A stretch of DNA of 38,509 bases from Bacteroidota bacterium (GCA_005792205.1 SXSO01000133.1:1-38509), one strand, 5' to 3'; counted from the first letter of the stretch, positions 28,533-38,509 are shown. Program-made: numbers and translations. Notes: generated by a model not told the origin, from the sequence alone.

Positions 28533-29996
28533 TTACACACTTTTCAATATTGAAAGCAATAGTTTCCAAAACTTTTCAACAGTATCAATATAAATTTTTT
28601 CATCTGGAGAATGAACTCCTTCAAGTGTTGGACCAAATGAAATCATATCAATTCCTGGGTATTTTTCCCCAATAATTCCACATTCTAATCCTGCGTGAAT
28701 TGCTTTTACTTGAATATCTTTTTTAAAAAGCGAGTTATAGCTTGTCTTTGCGATTTGTAAAATTTTTGAGTTTGGATTTGGTTTCCATCCGGGATAACCA
28801 TCTCCACTTGTTACTGTTTCACAATCACCGAGATAAAATATGTTTGCAACCGTTTCACTAATTTCATTTATTTCAGAAGCAATAGAACTTCTTTGACTTG
28901 TTGCAATTGAAATTGTTTTTTCAGAAGTAGTAATTGACGCAACATTTGTAGATGTTTCCACTAAATTTTTTATATCGCTACTTGTTTTAATAACGCCGTG
29001 TGGAAGAGAGGAAATTGTTCTCAATAATTTGGTTTGAAGATTTTGCTTTAAAACTTTTCCTTTTTCTTTAAAATCTTTTGGAATTAAATCAAGTGAAAAT
29101 TTTATTTCATTATCAGAAGATAACGTTTCTGCATTTAATTCTTTTCCAAAATCATTTAAAATATTTTGAATTGAACTCACGGATTTTGTTGGAACAAAAA
29201 TAATTGCTTCGCATTCTCGTGGAATTGCGTTTCGTTTATTTCCTCCGTTGATAGAAGAAACTCTTACTTCAATTTCTGAAAATTTTAAAAGTATTCTGTT
29301 TAAAATTTTAATTGCATTTCCTCTGTTCTTATCAATTTCTAATCCCGAATGTCCTCCTTTTAAATTTAAAACAGAAAGTTTATATTTGAAAAAAGTAGTT
29401 GGAATACCTTCTGTATTTAGTTTCCACGTTCCAACTGTATCACGGCCTCCTGAACATCCAATATAAATTGCTCCTTCTTCTTCTGAATCCAAGTTCAAAA
29501 GAATTTTGCTTTGAATAAAATTTTTTTGCAAATTATTTGCTCCCGTCAAACCAGTTTCTTCATCAACCGTAAAAAGAAATTCCATTGGTCCATGAACTAC
29601 TGAATCATCTTCCATAATTGCAAGCATTGTAGCAACCGCAATTCCATTATCTCCTCCTAATGTTGTTCCATTTGCCATCAATATATTTTTTTTCACAACA
29701 AGTTCAATTGGATCTTTGAAGAAGTCAAAATTTTTGTCAGCGTTTTTTTCACACACCATATCCAAATGACCTTGAAGACAAATCATCGGAAGTTTTTCTT
29801 TTCCTTTTGATGCGGATTTTTTTACAACAAGATTTCCAAATTTATCTGCTTTGACTTGGAGATTAAATTTTTTCGCAATTTCACAAACATATTTTGAGAT
29901 TTGCGTTTCGTATTTTGATGGTCGTGGAATTTTTGAAATTTCAAAAAAATATTTCCAAACAAGTTTTGGTTGAACATCTATAAGAGGATTTTGCAT
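28533..29996 (-). CDS. pepD: Aminoacyl-histidine (Xaa-His) dipeptidase, M20C
   Basis: 487 aa. Collinear with E. coli PepD as recalled: LW--F--I--IP-PS--E, LQ-HLDMV, GTTLG-DNGI, HGP-E-L-T--EE-G, LN-DSEEEG-IY-GC-GG, LKGGHSG-EI, NGG--RNAIPRE, YPGW-P---S, IHAGLECG, GP---G-HSPDE. Confidence 0.92.
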   Translation of the reverse strand: MQNPLIDVQPKLVWKYFFEISKIPRPSKYETQISKYVCEIAKKFNLQVKADKFGNLVVKKSASKGKEKLPMICLQGHLDMVCEKNADKNFDFFKDPIELVVKKNILMANGTTLGGDNGIAVATMLAIMEDDSVVHGPMEFLFTVDEETGLTGANNLQKNFIQSKILLNLDSEEEGAIYIGCSGGRDTVGTWKLNTEGIPTTFFKYKLSVLNLKGGHSGLEIDKNRGNAIKILNRILLKFSEIEVRVSSINGGNKRNAIPRECEAIIFVPTKSVSSIQNILNDFGKELNAETLSSDNEIKFSLDLIPKDFKEKGKVLKQNLQTKLLRTISSLPHGVIKTSSDIKNLVETSTNVASITTSEKTISIATSQRSSIASEINEISETVANIFYLGDCETVTSGDGYPGWKPNPNSKILQIAKTSYNSLFKKDIQVKAIHAGLECGIIGEKYPGIDMISFGPTLEGVHSPDEKIYIDTVEKFWKLLLSILKSV

Positions 29997-30211
29997 GATT
30001 TTTTTTCTTCAAATATAATCATATTGAAGAGAAGTTTTATTTTGAAAAATGAAAAATTAAATTAGCTATTGTTTTTTTCCTTTCACTGTGATACTTAATA
30101 AAGCATATTCTTTTGTAGAAATTTTAGATTAAATTTTTTCTTTTAAAATTTTTATTTCTGTAAATCCAACTTTTTGAAGTTCGCACACACTTTGTCAGAA
30201 GTAATTTCCGT

Positions 30212-30952
30212 TCACGCTGTCAACTTGTTTAAATATTCAGAAATGTATTTGTCTTTCATCTTTGATTTATACTGTTCAATGTATCGTGGATGGTAAAATG
30301 TAACAATAGAATGAAACAACTTTTCTTTTTTGTTTATCAGTTGCAAGAACTTTGCATTTTTTTTTCCAAGAACAAAACAGATGTTTGTGTCAATTCCGAA
30401 ACTGATTTGTTTTTTCAAACTTGTTGTGATAAAATTCTGCATTGCAAAAAACAATTCGTCATAGTCGTAGTAGTTACGATTAACCCAATTCTCTTTTTCA
30501 TTTTTCTCAATGAAGCCAAGCGGACAAATTGAGTTAATGTAAAAGTCGTTGTAGAATTTCTTTGCTCCTCCGTATTTCTCAATTAGTTCGTAAACAAAAA
30601 CGGACGAGGGTTCATGTGTGTTTACGGATTCTATCTTTATATCACAAATTTTTTGTAATCTTTTTGTGTCGGTGAAAGGAATACCTGTTGCCCCCGCTCC
30701 AAATCTTCCTGGATTGATTCCTAAAATCAATTTTCTCTTTCTGTCGTCATTGTAAAACTTGTTGTAGAAAATTTCTGTGATGGAAATTATTTCTGCGTTG
30801 TCTTGGAATGGATTCATCACACGAATTCCATTCGGCAATTTTTCTGTGAATGAAAGTTGCTTGTTGAATTGAATGACTTTATTTGCAAAAGTTGTTTGAG
30901 AAGCGATTTTTCCATACTTATTTTTTATAGTTTCTTTTATATTTTGTTGCAT
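30212..30952 (-). CDS. Uracil-DNA glycosylase superfamily protein (DUF4918/SMUG2-like)
   Basis: ILGINPGRFGAGATGIPFTD, HEPSS-FVY, YGG---FY--FYI-S-CPLGF, HPR-I-QY. Preferred start is the ATG at 30952 (MQQNIKE...). The 30 upstream codons of the track ORF look non-coding. Confidence 0.7.
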   Translation of the reverse strand: MQQNIKETIKNKYGKIASQTTFANKVIQFNKQLSFTEKLPNGIRVMNPFQDNAEIISITEIFYNKFYNDDRKRKLILGINPGRFGAGATGIPFTDTKRLQKICDIKIESVNTHEPSSVFVYELIEKYGGAKKFYNDFYINSICPLGFIEKNEKENWVNRNYYDYDELFFAMQNFITTSLKKQISFGIDTNICFVLGKKNAKFLQLINKKEKLFHSIVTFYHPRYIEQYKSKMKDKYISEYLNKLTA

Positions 30953-31090
30953 ACAAGCTAAAGTTTTATATCGCAAAAATATGATAAACCGATAGACGGA
31001 CAAAAAATTTTCTACATTGAATTTATCGTTTTTGAAATTCAAAAAAAAAATTTGTAAATTACACTTGTATTTATCAACTATTTTTTTATT

Positions 31091-32584
31091 ATGAAACTTT
31101 TTTTAATTCTCTTTTTATTTGTTGGAAAAACTTTTTCTCAACAAATTTTTTCTGATGAAAAAATAATTTCTGCAAGTTTAACGGGACAAAATAAAATGTC
31201 TGATATTGATGTTGATAACAATGGAAATATTTTCATCTGTTGGATAAATAATTTGTCAAATCACAAAAATATATTTTTTTCAAAATCCACAGATTTGGGA
31301 AATACATTTTCGCTTCCAATTCAAACAAATGATGTTCCCAACTATGTAAATCATATTCCATATGGAGGTCCAAAAATTGATGAGCGCAATGGAATCATTC
31401 ATATAATTTGGGCAGATGAGCGACTTGGTTACACACGAACAAATATATTTTATTCTCGCTCAACTGATTCGGGTTTAACTTGGAGCACTTCTCGTCCTCT
31501 TGGACTTGCGTCAAAATTTAACGCATATCCAGAAATAAAAATTGATGATAGTGGAATAATTCACATTATTTATTATTCTTATAATAGAATTGGATTAGAG
31601 TTTGAAAACATACATTATGTTTCTTCAAATGACGGTGGAATAACTTTTTCATCACCGGTTGTTGGAAGCAATTTTATTGGCTCAAAGCCATGTGACTGTT
31701 GTCCCGCTGATATTCATTTTTTAAATAATGGAAAAAAAATTATCGCATTTAGAAATGATGAAAACAATATTCGCGATATGTATTTTGTTTCTGCTGATTC
31801 AAATAATTGGGGAAACTTAACTCGCATTTCAAATGATAATTATAACATAAATTTTTGCCCAAGTTCAGGACCAACAATTGCTTCAAAAGATTCACTGATT
31901 GCGATTTCTTATATGGTGGGAAAAAATGATGTCTTCAAAGCATTTTTAAAAATTTCAAATAATAATTTGAATTCATTTGGCGATAGTATTCCACTTGATC
32001 CAAATGCTCAAAACGATATTGAACAAAATCATCCATCTGTTGGAATTGATAACGATTTCACAACGCATATTATTTGGGAAGACGAGCGAGGATTGGGTGA
32101 TATTTATTATGGAAAATTATTGTTTGGAAATAATTTTGTTTCTGATATTCAATCAATTATTGAAGACACAACTTTTTCATATCAAGGAGAGCCGCGATTA
32201 TTTGTGCAAAATAATGATGGACATATTGTTTGGACTGATACAAGAAATGAAAGCCATATTTATTATCGCAAATGGAAAACAATTCCAAATTCTGTTGATG
32301 AAGAATTGGAGACGGGAAAAAGAAAATTCAACTTAAATAATTTTCCAAATCCATTTAATCCAAAAACAAAAATTTTATTTTCTCTAAACAATACAGAAAA
32401 TGTTTCGTTAAAAATTTACGATGTTTTCGGTCGAGAAATTAAAACTTTGATTGACAAAAAATTTATGAGCGATGGAAATTACAAAATTGATTTTGACGGA
32501 AGTAATTTCAATTCGGGAATTTATTTCTACAAACTCACAACAAATAATTTTTCCGAAATGAAAAAAATGGTTTTAGTGAAATAA
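31091..32584 (+). CDS. BNR/Asp-box repeat (sialidase-fold-like) secreted protein with T9SS C-terminal sorting domain
   Basis: Signal-like N-terminus MKLFLILFLFVGKTFSQ. Asp-box motifs STDLGNTFS, STDSGLTWS, SNDGGITFS. C-terminus NFPNPFNPKTKI...GIYFYKLTTNNFSEMKKMVLVK. Confidence 0.85.
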   Translation: MKLFLILFLFVGKTFSQQIFSDEKIISASLTGQNKMSDIDVDNNGNIFICWINNLSNHKNIFFSKSTDLGNTFSLPIQTNDVPNYVNHIPYGGPKIDERNGIIHIIWADERLGYTRTNIFYSRSTDSGLTWSTSRPLGLASKFNAYPEIKIDDSGIIHIIYYSYNRIGLEFENIHYVSSNDGGITFSSPVVGSNFIGSKPCDCCPADIHFLNNGKKIIAFRNDENNIRDMYFVSADSNNWGNLTRISNDNYNINFCPSSGPTIASKDSLIAISYMVGKNDVFKAFLKISNNNLNSFGDSIPLDPNAQNDIEQNHPSVGIDNDFTTHIIWEDERGLGDIYYGKLLFGNNFVSDIQSIIEDTTFSYQGEPRLFVQNNDGHIVWTDTRNESHIYYRKWKTIPNSVDEELETGKRKFNLNNFPNPFNPKTKILFSLNNTENVSLKIYDVFGREIKTLIDKKFMSDGNYKIDFDGSNFNSGIYFYKLTTNNFSEMKKMVLVK

Positions 32585-32610
32585 GTTTTTTGTTATCATT
32601 GTTAAAAATT

Positions 32611-32641
32611 GGGACACGAAGTTTTTTTGTGTCCCATTTTT
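32611..32641 (+). terminator. Rho-independent terminator hairpin after the BNR gene
   Basis: The stem gggacac (32611..32617) pairs with gtgtccc (32629..32635), followed by aTTTTT. The stem and loop are identical to 10042..10066. Confidence 0.75.
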
Positions 32642-32687
32642 ATTAAAATAATAAACGATTTCATCCAAAAAACGGGGTGTTTTTCCT

Positions 32688-32792
32688 CGTCGGAAGGGTT
32701 TACTTTTGACCGAAATGATTACATTTTTCAGAAAATACACTCTTCCAGGAGAAAAACATCATCGTTTCGGTCACAAACATAGTCTTCCGACG
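32688..32792. repeat. 105-nt nested inverted repeat (candidate structured RNA or MITE-like element), copy 2
   Basis: Outer arms: cgtcggaag (32688..32696) pairs with cttccgacg (32784..32792). Inner arms: tgaccgaaa (32707..32715) pairs with tttcggtca (32765..32773). Confidence 0.6.
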
Positions 32793-33043
32793 CAAAAAAC
32801 AAGTCATTTTGTCTCGAAAAAACATCAAATTTATTATTTGAAAATTGAGTGAAAGAATTGGCATATTTTATTTAAATAATTTATCTAATCTCTAAAAAAT
32901 TCCTATCTTTAAAAAAAATTGTTTATTAACAAAAATTACCCGATTAATTTCTTTGAATCTGAATCTTTTCTCTTATTTCTTTATTTGCACAAAAAATATA
33001 AAACATAATTCAATTTATTTATTAACCAAAAAATAATATTCTT

Positions 33044-33697
33044 ATGAAACTTGATTCTATCATTCAAGCATTGCTTCCACATGACGAAAAATTTTATTCT
33101 TTCTTTGAAGAAGTTTCGGATTTACTTGTAAACGCAACTCAGCTTTACAAAAAAATTCCAAACGCAAATAGAATTGAAAGAGAAAATATTTGTCGCGAAA
33201 TTGAAGCACTTGAACATCAAGCCGATAATGTTACTCATAGCACTATGTCGGAATTATCTGCTTCTTTTGTTACTCCATTTGACAGAGAAGATATTCACTT
33301 ATTAGCGAGTTCTCTTGATGATGTAATGGATTTTATTGAAGGAAGTTCTAAAAGATTTATACTCTACGAAATTGATGAATGTCCACGTGAAATTACTGAG
33401 TTAATATATATTTTAGATTTGTGTACGATTGAAATTCAAAAAGGCGTTAAAATGTTGAGAGATTTCAGACGTCCCGAATCACTTAAACAAGTAATTCATA
33501 AAATAAATGATTATGAAAATCAAGCAGATGCAATTTTTAATTCCGCAATGAAAAATTTAATGCAAAATAATAACGATGTTTTAGATGTGCTATTAATTCT
33601 CAAACTGAAAGAAATATTTTTTGGGCTTGAAACCGCAACTGATAAGTGTGAAGATGTAGCAAATATTTTTGAAACTCTCTTAATAAAGCACAACTAA
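33044..33697 (+). CDS. DUF47-family (PhoU-like) phosphate-transport accessory protein
   Basis: 217 aa, helical. Motifs: E-EHQADN--H, FVTPFDREDIH-LA--LDDV-D. Located immediately upstream (7 nt) of a Pit-family transporter, which is the canonical pairing. Confidence 0.8.
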   Translation: MKLDSIIQALLPHDEKFYSFFEEVSDLLVNATQLYKKIPNANRIERENICREIEALEHQADNVTHSTMSELSASFVTPFDREDIHLLASSLDDVMDFIEGSSKRFILYEIDECPREITELIYILDLCTIEIQKGVKMLRDFRRPESLKQVIHKINDYENQADAIFNSAMKNLMQNNNDVLDVLLILKLKEIFFGLETATDKCEDVANIFETLLIKHN

Positions 33698-33704
33698 ATT
33701 TTTT

Positions 33705-34694
33705 ATGGAACCATTAACATTAGTAATTGTAATTATTTTCTTTGCGCTTATTTTTGATTTTTTAAATGGATTTCATGACTCCGCAAATTCAATCGCAACA
33801 ATTGTTTCAACGCGAGTTTTAACTCCAAGAAAAGCTGTTGTTTGGGCTGCGTTTTTTAATTTAATTGCGGCATTTATGTTTGATGTTCATGTTGCTAAAA
33901 CAATTGGAAAAGGATTAGTAGAACTAACTGCAATCAATGAAATGGTTTTACTTGGCGCACTAATTGGTGCAATTGTTTGGAATTTAATCACTTGGTTTTA
34001 TGGAATTCCATCAAGTTCTTCTCACGCATTAATTGGAGGACTCGCTGGTTCTGCAATAGCAAAAGCTGGTTTTGGCGTAATTCTAATTGGTGGATGGACA
34101 AAAACATTATTGTTTATAATTTTGGCGCCAATTATTGGAATGCTACTTGGGTTTATTTTAATGGTTAGCGTGCTTTGGATTTTTAAGGATAAATCATCTT
34201 TTAAAATCAATAATAAATTTAGGAAAATGCAATTAGTTTCTGCGGCATTTTATAGTTTGGGACATGGGACAAATGATGCACAAAAAACGATGGGAATAAT
34301 TACATCATTATTGGTAACAACAGGTTATCTTTCTACATTTGACGTTCCATATTGGGTAATTTTATTGTCGCATGTAGCAATTGCATTAGGAACACTTTTT
34401 GGTGGATGGCGAATTGTAAAAACGATGGGACAAAAAATAACCAAACTTCAACCAAGTGGTGGATTCTGTGCTGAAACAAGCGGTGGATTAACGTTATTGA
34501 TTACAGCATTTTTTGGAATCGCAGTAAGCACAACTCATACAATTACTGCTGCAATAATGGGCGTTGGCGCAACTAAAAGAATTTCTGCTGTTCGATGGGG
34601 ATTAGCTTCAAATATAATTATGGCGTGGATTTTAACTATTCCTGCTTCTGCAATTGTTGGTGGACTTACATATTGGATAATATCTCTATTTTAG
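33705..34694 (+). CDS. pit: Inorganic phosphate transporter, PiT (PHO4) family
   Basis: FDFLNGFHDSANSIAT-VSTR, HALIGGL-G, GHGTNDAQKTMGII, ST-HT-T-AIMGVGA. About 10 TM segments. Confidence 0.9.
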   Translation: MEPLTLVIVIIFFALIFDFLNGFHDSANSIATIVSTRVLTPRKAVVWAAFFNLIAAFMFDVHVAKTIGKGLVELTAINEMVLLGALIGAIVWNLITWFYGIPSSSSHALIGGLAGSAIAKAGFGVILIGGWTKTLLFIILAPIIGMLLGFILMVSVLWIFKDKSSFKINNKFRKMQLVSAAFYSLGHGTNDAQKTMGIITSLLVTTGYLSTFDVPYWVILLSHVAIALGTLFGGWRIVKTMGQKITKLQPSGGFCAETSGGLTLLITAFFGIAVSTTHTITAAIMGVGATKRISAVRWGLASNIIMAWILTIPASAIVGGLTYWIISLF

Positions 34695-34725
34695 TTTTAA
34701 TATTCAATAAAAATTTTTTCGCAAC

Positions 34726-35637
34726 CTATTTTTTCAATCTTTCTATATACTCATCATACGTTTTTTGATGTAATGGATCTATTTCATTTAACTTCAAAAA
34801 AATTTCCGGGGATTTCTTTTGAAAAAAAAGTTCAGCAACCTCTAAATACTTTGCATCAAAGAAAAATTTTATAGCAACATTTTTTCCTCCTACTTTTTTT
34901 CTTATCAAAGAAATTTTTTCCAACGCTGAAAGGATATTTTCAAATGCTTTTTCTTTATCCTCGCTAAATAAATCCAAACCATTGTAATGATAATTAAAAA
35001 AAGATTCCCGAAGTTGCGAATTTGTTGCACTCAACAAATCATTCACAAGTTGAACTCGATTATAGTTTCCCGAAAGAGTTGCGTCCCAACCGTTTTTCAA
35101 CGTTGGGGATGAAAGATTTGTAATTTGTAAACACTTTTGAAATTGCTGCGAACCTCCTCTATTTTCATAACTATCAAAATCAAATCCCAAAATTAAATGC
35201 ATATAAAAATCCAAAAAACTTGTCACTTCCTCAAACCGATTTTCATTATGAATCAATTGCTGATTTATTAGAAATGGAAAATTCCACTTATCGTCTAATA
35301 TGCGAACAACAATTGTGTTTTTGTCTATTCCAAAAATTTTTCTTTGACTTCCAAAAAAAACTTGTGCTTGATAGCGAAAATTTTCATCACAATTGATAAA
35401 AATAATATTTATTGAAACGGGAATTTTTTCATTTTCCCAATCACTTTCTGTCCATTGAATATTGTTTAAATAATCCTCAATTTGCCTTTCAAAATTAGAA
35501 ACATTTTCTCTATATCTTTCGGGAAGTTGCTGAAAATCAACCGTTACATCACAATCAACCTCTTGTGCGTTTGAAAAAGAAAAGAGACAAAAAACAAAAA
35601 TGAAACCCATTTTTTTCATAGAATTTATTTTATTCAA
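34726..35637 (-). CDS. DUF4835-like secreted protein (family named PorD, T9SS-associated, in Bacteroidota)
   Basis: Signal-like MKKMGFIFVFCLFSFSNA; the start may be at 35619 rather than 35637. The layout Q-V-C-VTV---Q-P-----V--FE--I-DY-NN--WT and the ~300 aa length resemble DUF4835 as recalled. This is the weakest homology call in the list. Confidence 0.5.
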   Translation of the reverse strand: MNKINSMKKMGFIFVFCLFSFSNAQEVDCDVTVDFQQLPERYRENVSNFERQIEDYLNNIQWTESDWENEKIPVSINIIFINCDENFRYQAQVFFGSQRKIFGIDKNTIVVRILDDKWNFPFLINQQLIHNENRFEEVTSFLDFYMHLILGFDFDSYENRGGSQQFQKCLQITNLSSPTLKNGWDATLSGNYNRVQLVNDLLSATNSQLRESFFNYHYNGLDLFSEDKEKAFENILSALEKISLIRKKVGGKNVAIKFFFDAKYLEVAELFFQKKSPEIFLKLNEIDPLHQKTYDEYIERLKK

Positions 35638-35756
35638 ATATAAAAATTTTTGGCAAGTTGTTTGGCTTTTGTAGATAACGTATACAAGAAATCTTTGTGG
35701 TTATTCCCATTTAAAGAATTACACACAAAATAAATTTTCAATTTAAATAACTAAAT

Positions 35757-35783
35757 AAAAAAGGCAAGTTTTCACAACTTGCC
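35757..35783 (-). terminator. Rho-independent terminator of gap
   Basis: On the minus strand: ggcaagtt-gtgaa-aacttgcc (8-bp stem, 35763..35783) followed by TTTTTT (complement of A6 at 35757..35762). It lies 33 nt after the gap stop. Confidence 0.8.
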
Positions 35784-35815
35784 TCTCTTAAATTTGACTT
35801 TACTCTCTTATCTCT

Positions 35816-36883
<1,068 letters not shown>

Positions 36884-36993
36884 TTAAAAATTAATTTTGC
36901 AAAATATATACTTTTTTCATATTACTTTCTTTTGAAATTTTTTTTTAAATAAAATTTTAGTTAGATTTAATCTGCTTGCAACAAAATACTTTT

Positions 36994-37107
36994 TGTGGGT
37001 AACTTGTGGGAAAGTTTTGTTTATTTCTATCTTTACGTGAAATTGTTTGTTTTTCCAAAATATTTTGTTAATTATTCCGTGAATAACTTTTGTTTTTTTG
37101 TTGATAA
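36994..37107 (+). promoter_or_regulatory. Cluster of DnaA-box-like 9-mers in the gap-dnaA spacer (dnaA promoter/autoregulation and/or oriC)
   Basis: Compared with TGTGGATAA: TGTGGGTAA 36994..37002 (1 mismatch), TGTGGGAAA 37005..37013 (2), CGTGAATAA 37078..37086 (2), TGTTGATAA 37099..37107 (1). All four are in the same orientation. An extremely AT-rich stretch lies at 36881..36960. Confidence 0.45.
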
Positions 37108-37127
37108 CTTAATTTTACTGAAACTTT

Positions 37128-38509
37128 ATGACTGAAAGTGTTAGCTTTTCTACTAATTTGGAAAAAGAAATTTTGACTACTTGGAGTTTGTGTTTAGAAA
37201 GAATTCATTCTTCTGTTCCTCCAAACGATTTTTCCGCTTGGATTGAGCCAATAATTCCAATTTCGCTCAAAGAAAATTCTTTCGTTTTACTTTTCCCATC
37301 ACAATTTTCTTCTGCTTGGGTTGAAACAAAATTCGGAAAAATAATTTCCGATTCTATCTCTCAAGTTTTGGGAAAAGAAATAACTGTTGAATATACAACT
37401 CGCAACTCCAATGTTGAAATTGAAACCAATCAAGAAAATTTACGTATAAATCTTGAAACGTCTGTTTCAAAACAAATTTCAACGGCTCCAACATTTATAC
37501 TAAATCCACAGCCATCACTTTTGGGAACAACTTCTCTTCCTAAAATTCCAAATACTTTAAACTCTCGTTTTGTGTTTGATAATTTTATAAAAGGAGATTC
37601 CAATCGTCTTGCATATTCTGCATCTCGTGCTGTTGCTCAAAATCCCGGAGGAACAGAATTCAATCCTCTTGTAATTTATGGTGGTGTTGGCCTTGGAAAA
37701 ACTCATTTAATCCAAGCAATTGGAAATTTTGCAAAAGAAAATAAAAAAGCCGAAAGAGTTCTCTATCTAACTTCTCAAGAATTTCTTCTCAACTTTATGG
37801 ATTCAATAAAAGAAGATAAAGGAAAAGAGTTTAATAATTTATTTCGGTCGCTTGATATTCTAATTGTTGATGACATTCAATTTTTTACAACTGGTGAAAA
37901 AACTCAAGAAACGTTTTTCCATCTTTTTAATGCACTTCACCAATCGGGAAAACAAATTATTCTTTCAAGCGATAGAGCCCCAAATGAAATAAAATCTCTT
38001 GACTCAAGATTAATTTCTCGTTTTCAAATGGCATTAATTGCGGACATTCAACCTCCTGCTCTTGAAATGCGACTTGCAATTCTCTATAAAAAATCTGAAG
38101 CACTTGATATTGCTCTTCCAAAAGATGTCGCTGAAATTATTGCTCAAAATATAACTTCAAATGTTCGCCAACTTGAAGGTTGTTTAATCTCAATGATGGC
38201 AAAAATTTCTCTTGAAAATAAAAAACTTGACATAAATCTCGCAAAAGAAGTTTTAAAAACAATTGTTGGAAGTATAAACTCATATATCTCAATTCAAACA
38301 ATTCAATCTGCTGTGAGTAAATATTACAACATTCACGAAGATTTGCTTCGCGGAAGATCTCGCAAACAAGAAATTGTAATAGCAAGACAAGTTGCAATGT
38401 ATTTAGCAAAAGAACTTACTCAATCAACTTATCAATCAATTGGACTTAATTTTGGTGGAAGAGATCACACAACAGTAATTCATGCGTATCAAACAATTGA
38501 TGAACTTAT
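37128..38509 (+). CDS. dnaA: Chromosomal replication initiator DnaA (3'-truncated by the window edge)
   Basis: Hand translation from the ATG at 37128 reads MTESVSFSTNLEKEILTTWSLCLERI...FSAWIEPI...NSRFVFDNFIKGDSNRLAYSA...NPLVIYGGVGLGKTHLIQAIGN...LIVDDIQFF...GEKTQETFFHLFNALH..GKQIILSSDR.P...LISRF..ALIADIQPP..E.RLAIL...NVRQLEG...RSRKQEIVIARQVAMYLAKELT..S...IGLNFGGRDHTTVIHAY. There is no stop before the window end, which is why it is missing from the ORF track. Confidence 0.95.
   Translation, partial: MTESVSFSTNLEKEILTTWSLCLERIHSSVPPNDFSAWIEPIIPISLKENSFVLLFPSQFSSAWVETKFGKIISDSISQVLGKEITVEYTTRNSNVEIETNQENLRINLETSVSKQISTAPTFILNPQPSLLGTTSLPKIPNTLNSRFVFDNFIKGDSNRLAYSASRAVAQNPGGTEFNPLVIYGGVGLGKTHLIQAIGNFAKENKKAERVLYLTSQEFLLNFMDSIKEDKGKEFNNLFRSLDILIVDDIQFFTTGEKTQETFFHLFNALHQSGKQIILSSDRAPNEIKSLDSRLISRFQMALIADIQPPALEMRLAILYKKSEALDIALPKDVAEIIAQNITSNVRQLEGCLISMMAKISLENKKLDINLAKEVLKTIVGSINSYISIQTIQSAVSKYYNIHEDLLRGRSRKQEIVIARQVAMYLAKELTQSTYQSIGLNFGGRDHTTVIHAYQTIDEL

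Larger units (their letters stand above)
32585..32870 (+). repeat. Conserved non-coding 3' module, copy 2 (follows the BNR T9SS gene)
   Basis: See 10016..10327. Same order of stop-proximal box, terminator hairpin, aataaacgatttcatccaaaaaa block, nested inverted repeat and caaaaaacaag-cattttgt tail. Confidence 0.8.

Noticed and set aside
29997-30211. 215-nt spacer between pepD and the UDG-like gene, checked for tRNA/sRNA. It contains a short hairpin cttcaa-N-ttgaag at about 30007..30029.
   Set aside because: There is no tRNA-like T-arm or anticodon structure and no repeat elsewhere in the window. The hairpin is AT-rich and short, so this is most simply the pepD promoter/leader.

Overview
AT-rich (about 30% GC by eye), tightly packed bacterial chromosomal window. 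It is most likely from an FCB-group organism (Ignavibacteriota/Bacteroidota-like), because three secreted proteins end in a type IX secretion (T9SS) C-terminal sorting domain. Left end: a divergent pair of giant T9SS cargo genes, a 1518-aa subtilisin-family protease and a 1715-aa NIDO plus SdrD-B-repeat adhesin-like protein. Middle: mostly housekeeping genes (fbaB, KimA-like transporter, meaB, GT4 glycosyltransferase, M24 peptidase, gcdH-like, htrA, recO, sensor kinase, secD/secF, two menaquinone genes, panD, pepD, DUF4918 UDG-like, a BNR-repeat T9SS cargo protein, DUF47-Pit pair, DUF4835/PorD-like, gap). Right end: dnaA, which is open at the window edge and therefore absent from the supplied ORF track. 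It is preceded by an AT-rich spacer with DnaA-box-like 9-mers, so this is a probable origin region. Two things stand out. (i) A compact type II restriction-modification pair sits between panD and pepD, and its PD-(D/E)XK endonuclease is split by a frameshift in an A8 run. (ii) A conserved ~290-310 nt non-coding module (terminator hairpin plus a 105-nt nested inverted repeat with invariant arms and a diverged interior) follows each T9SS cargo gene, with two full copies and one cut by the window edge. No rRNA, tRNA, CRISPR array, transposase or integrase was recognised. All homology calls are from reading motifs by eye and from memory of reference proteins; none were searched.
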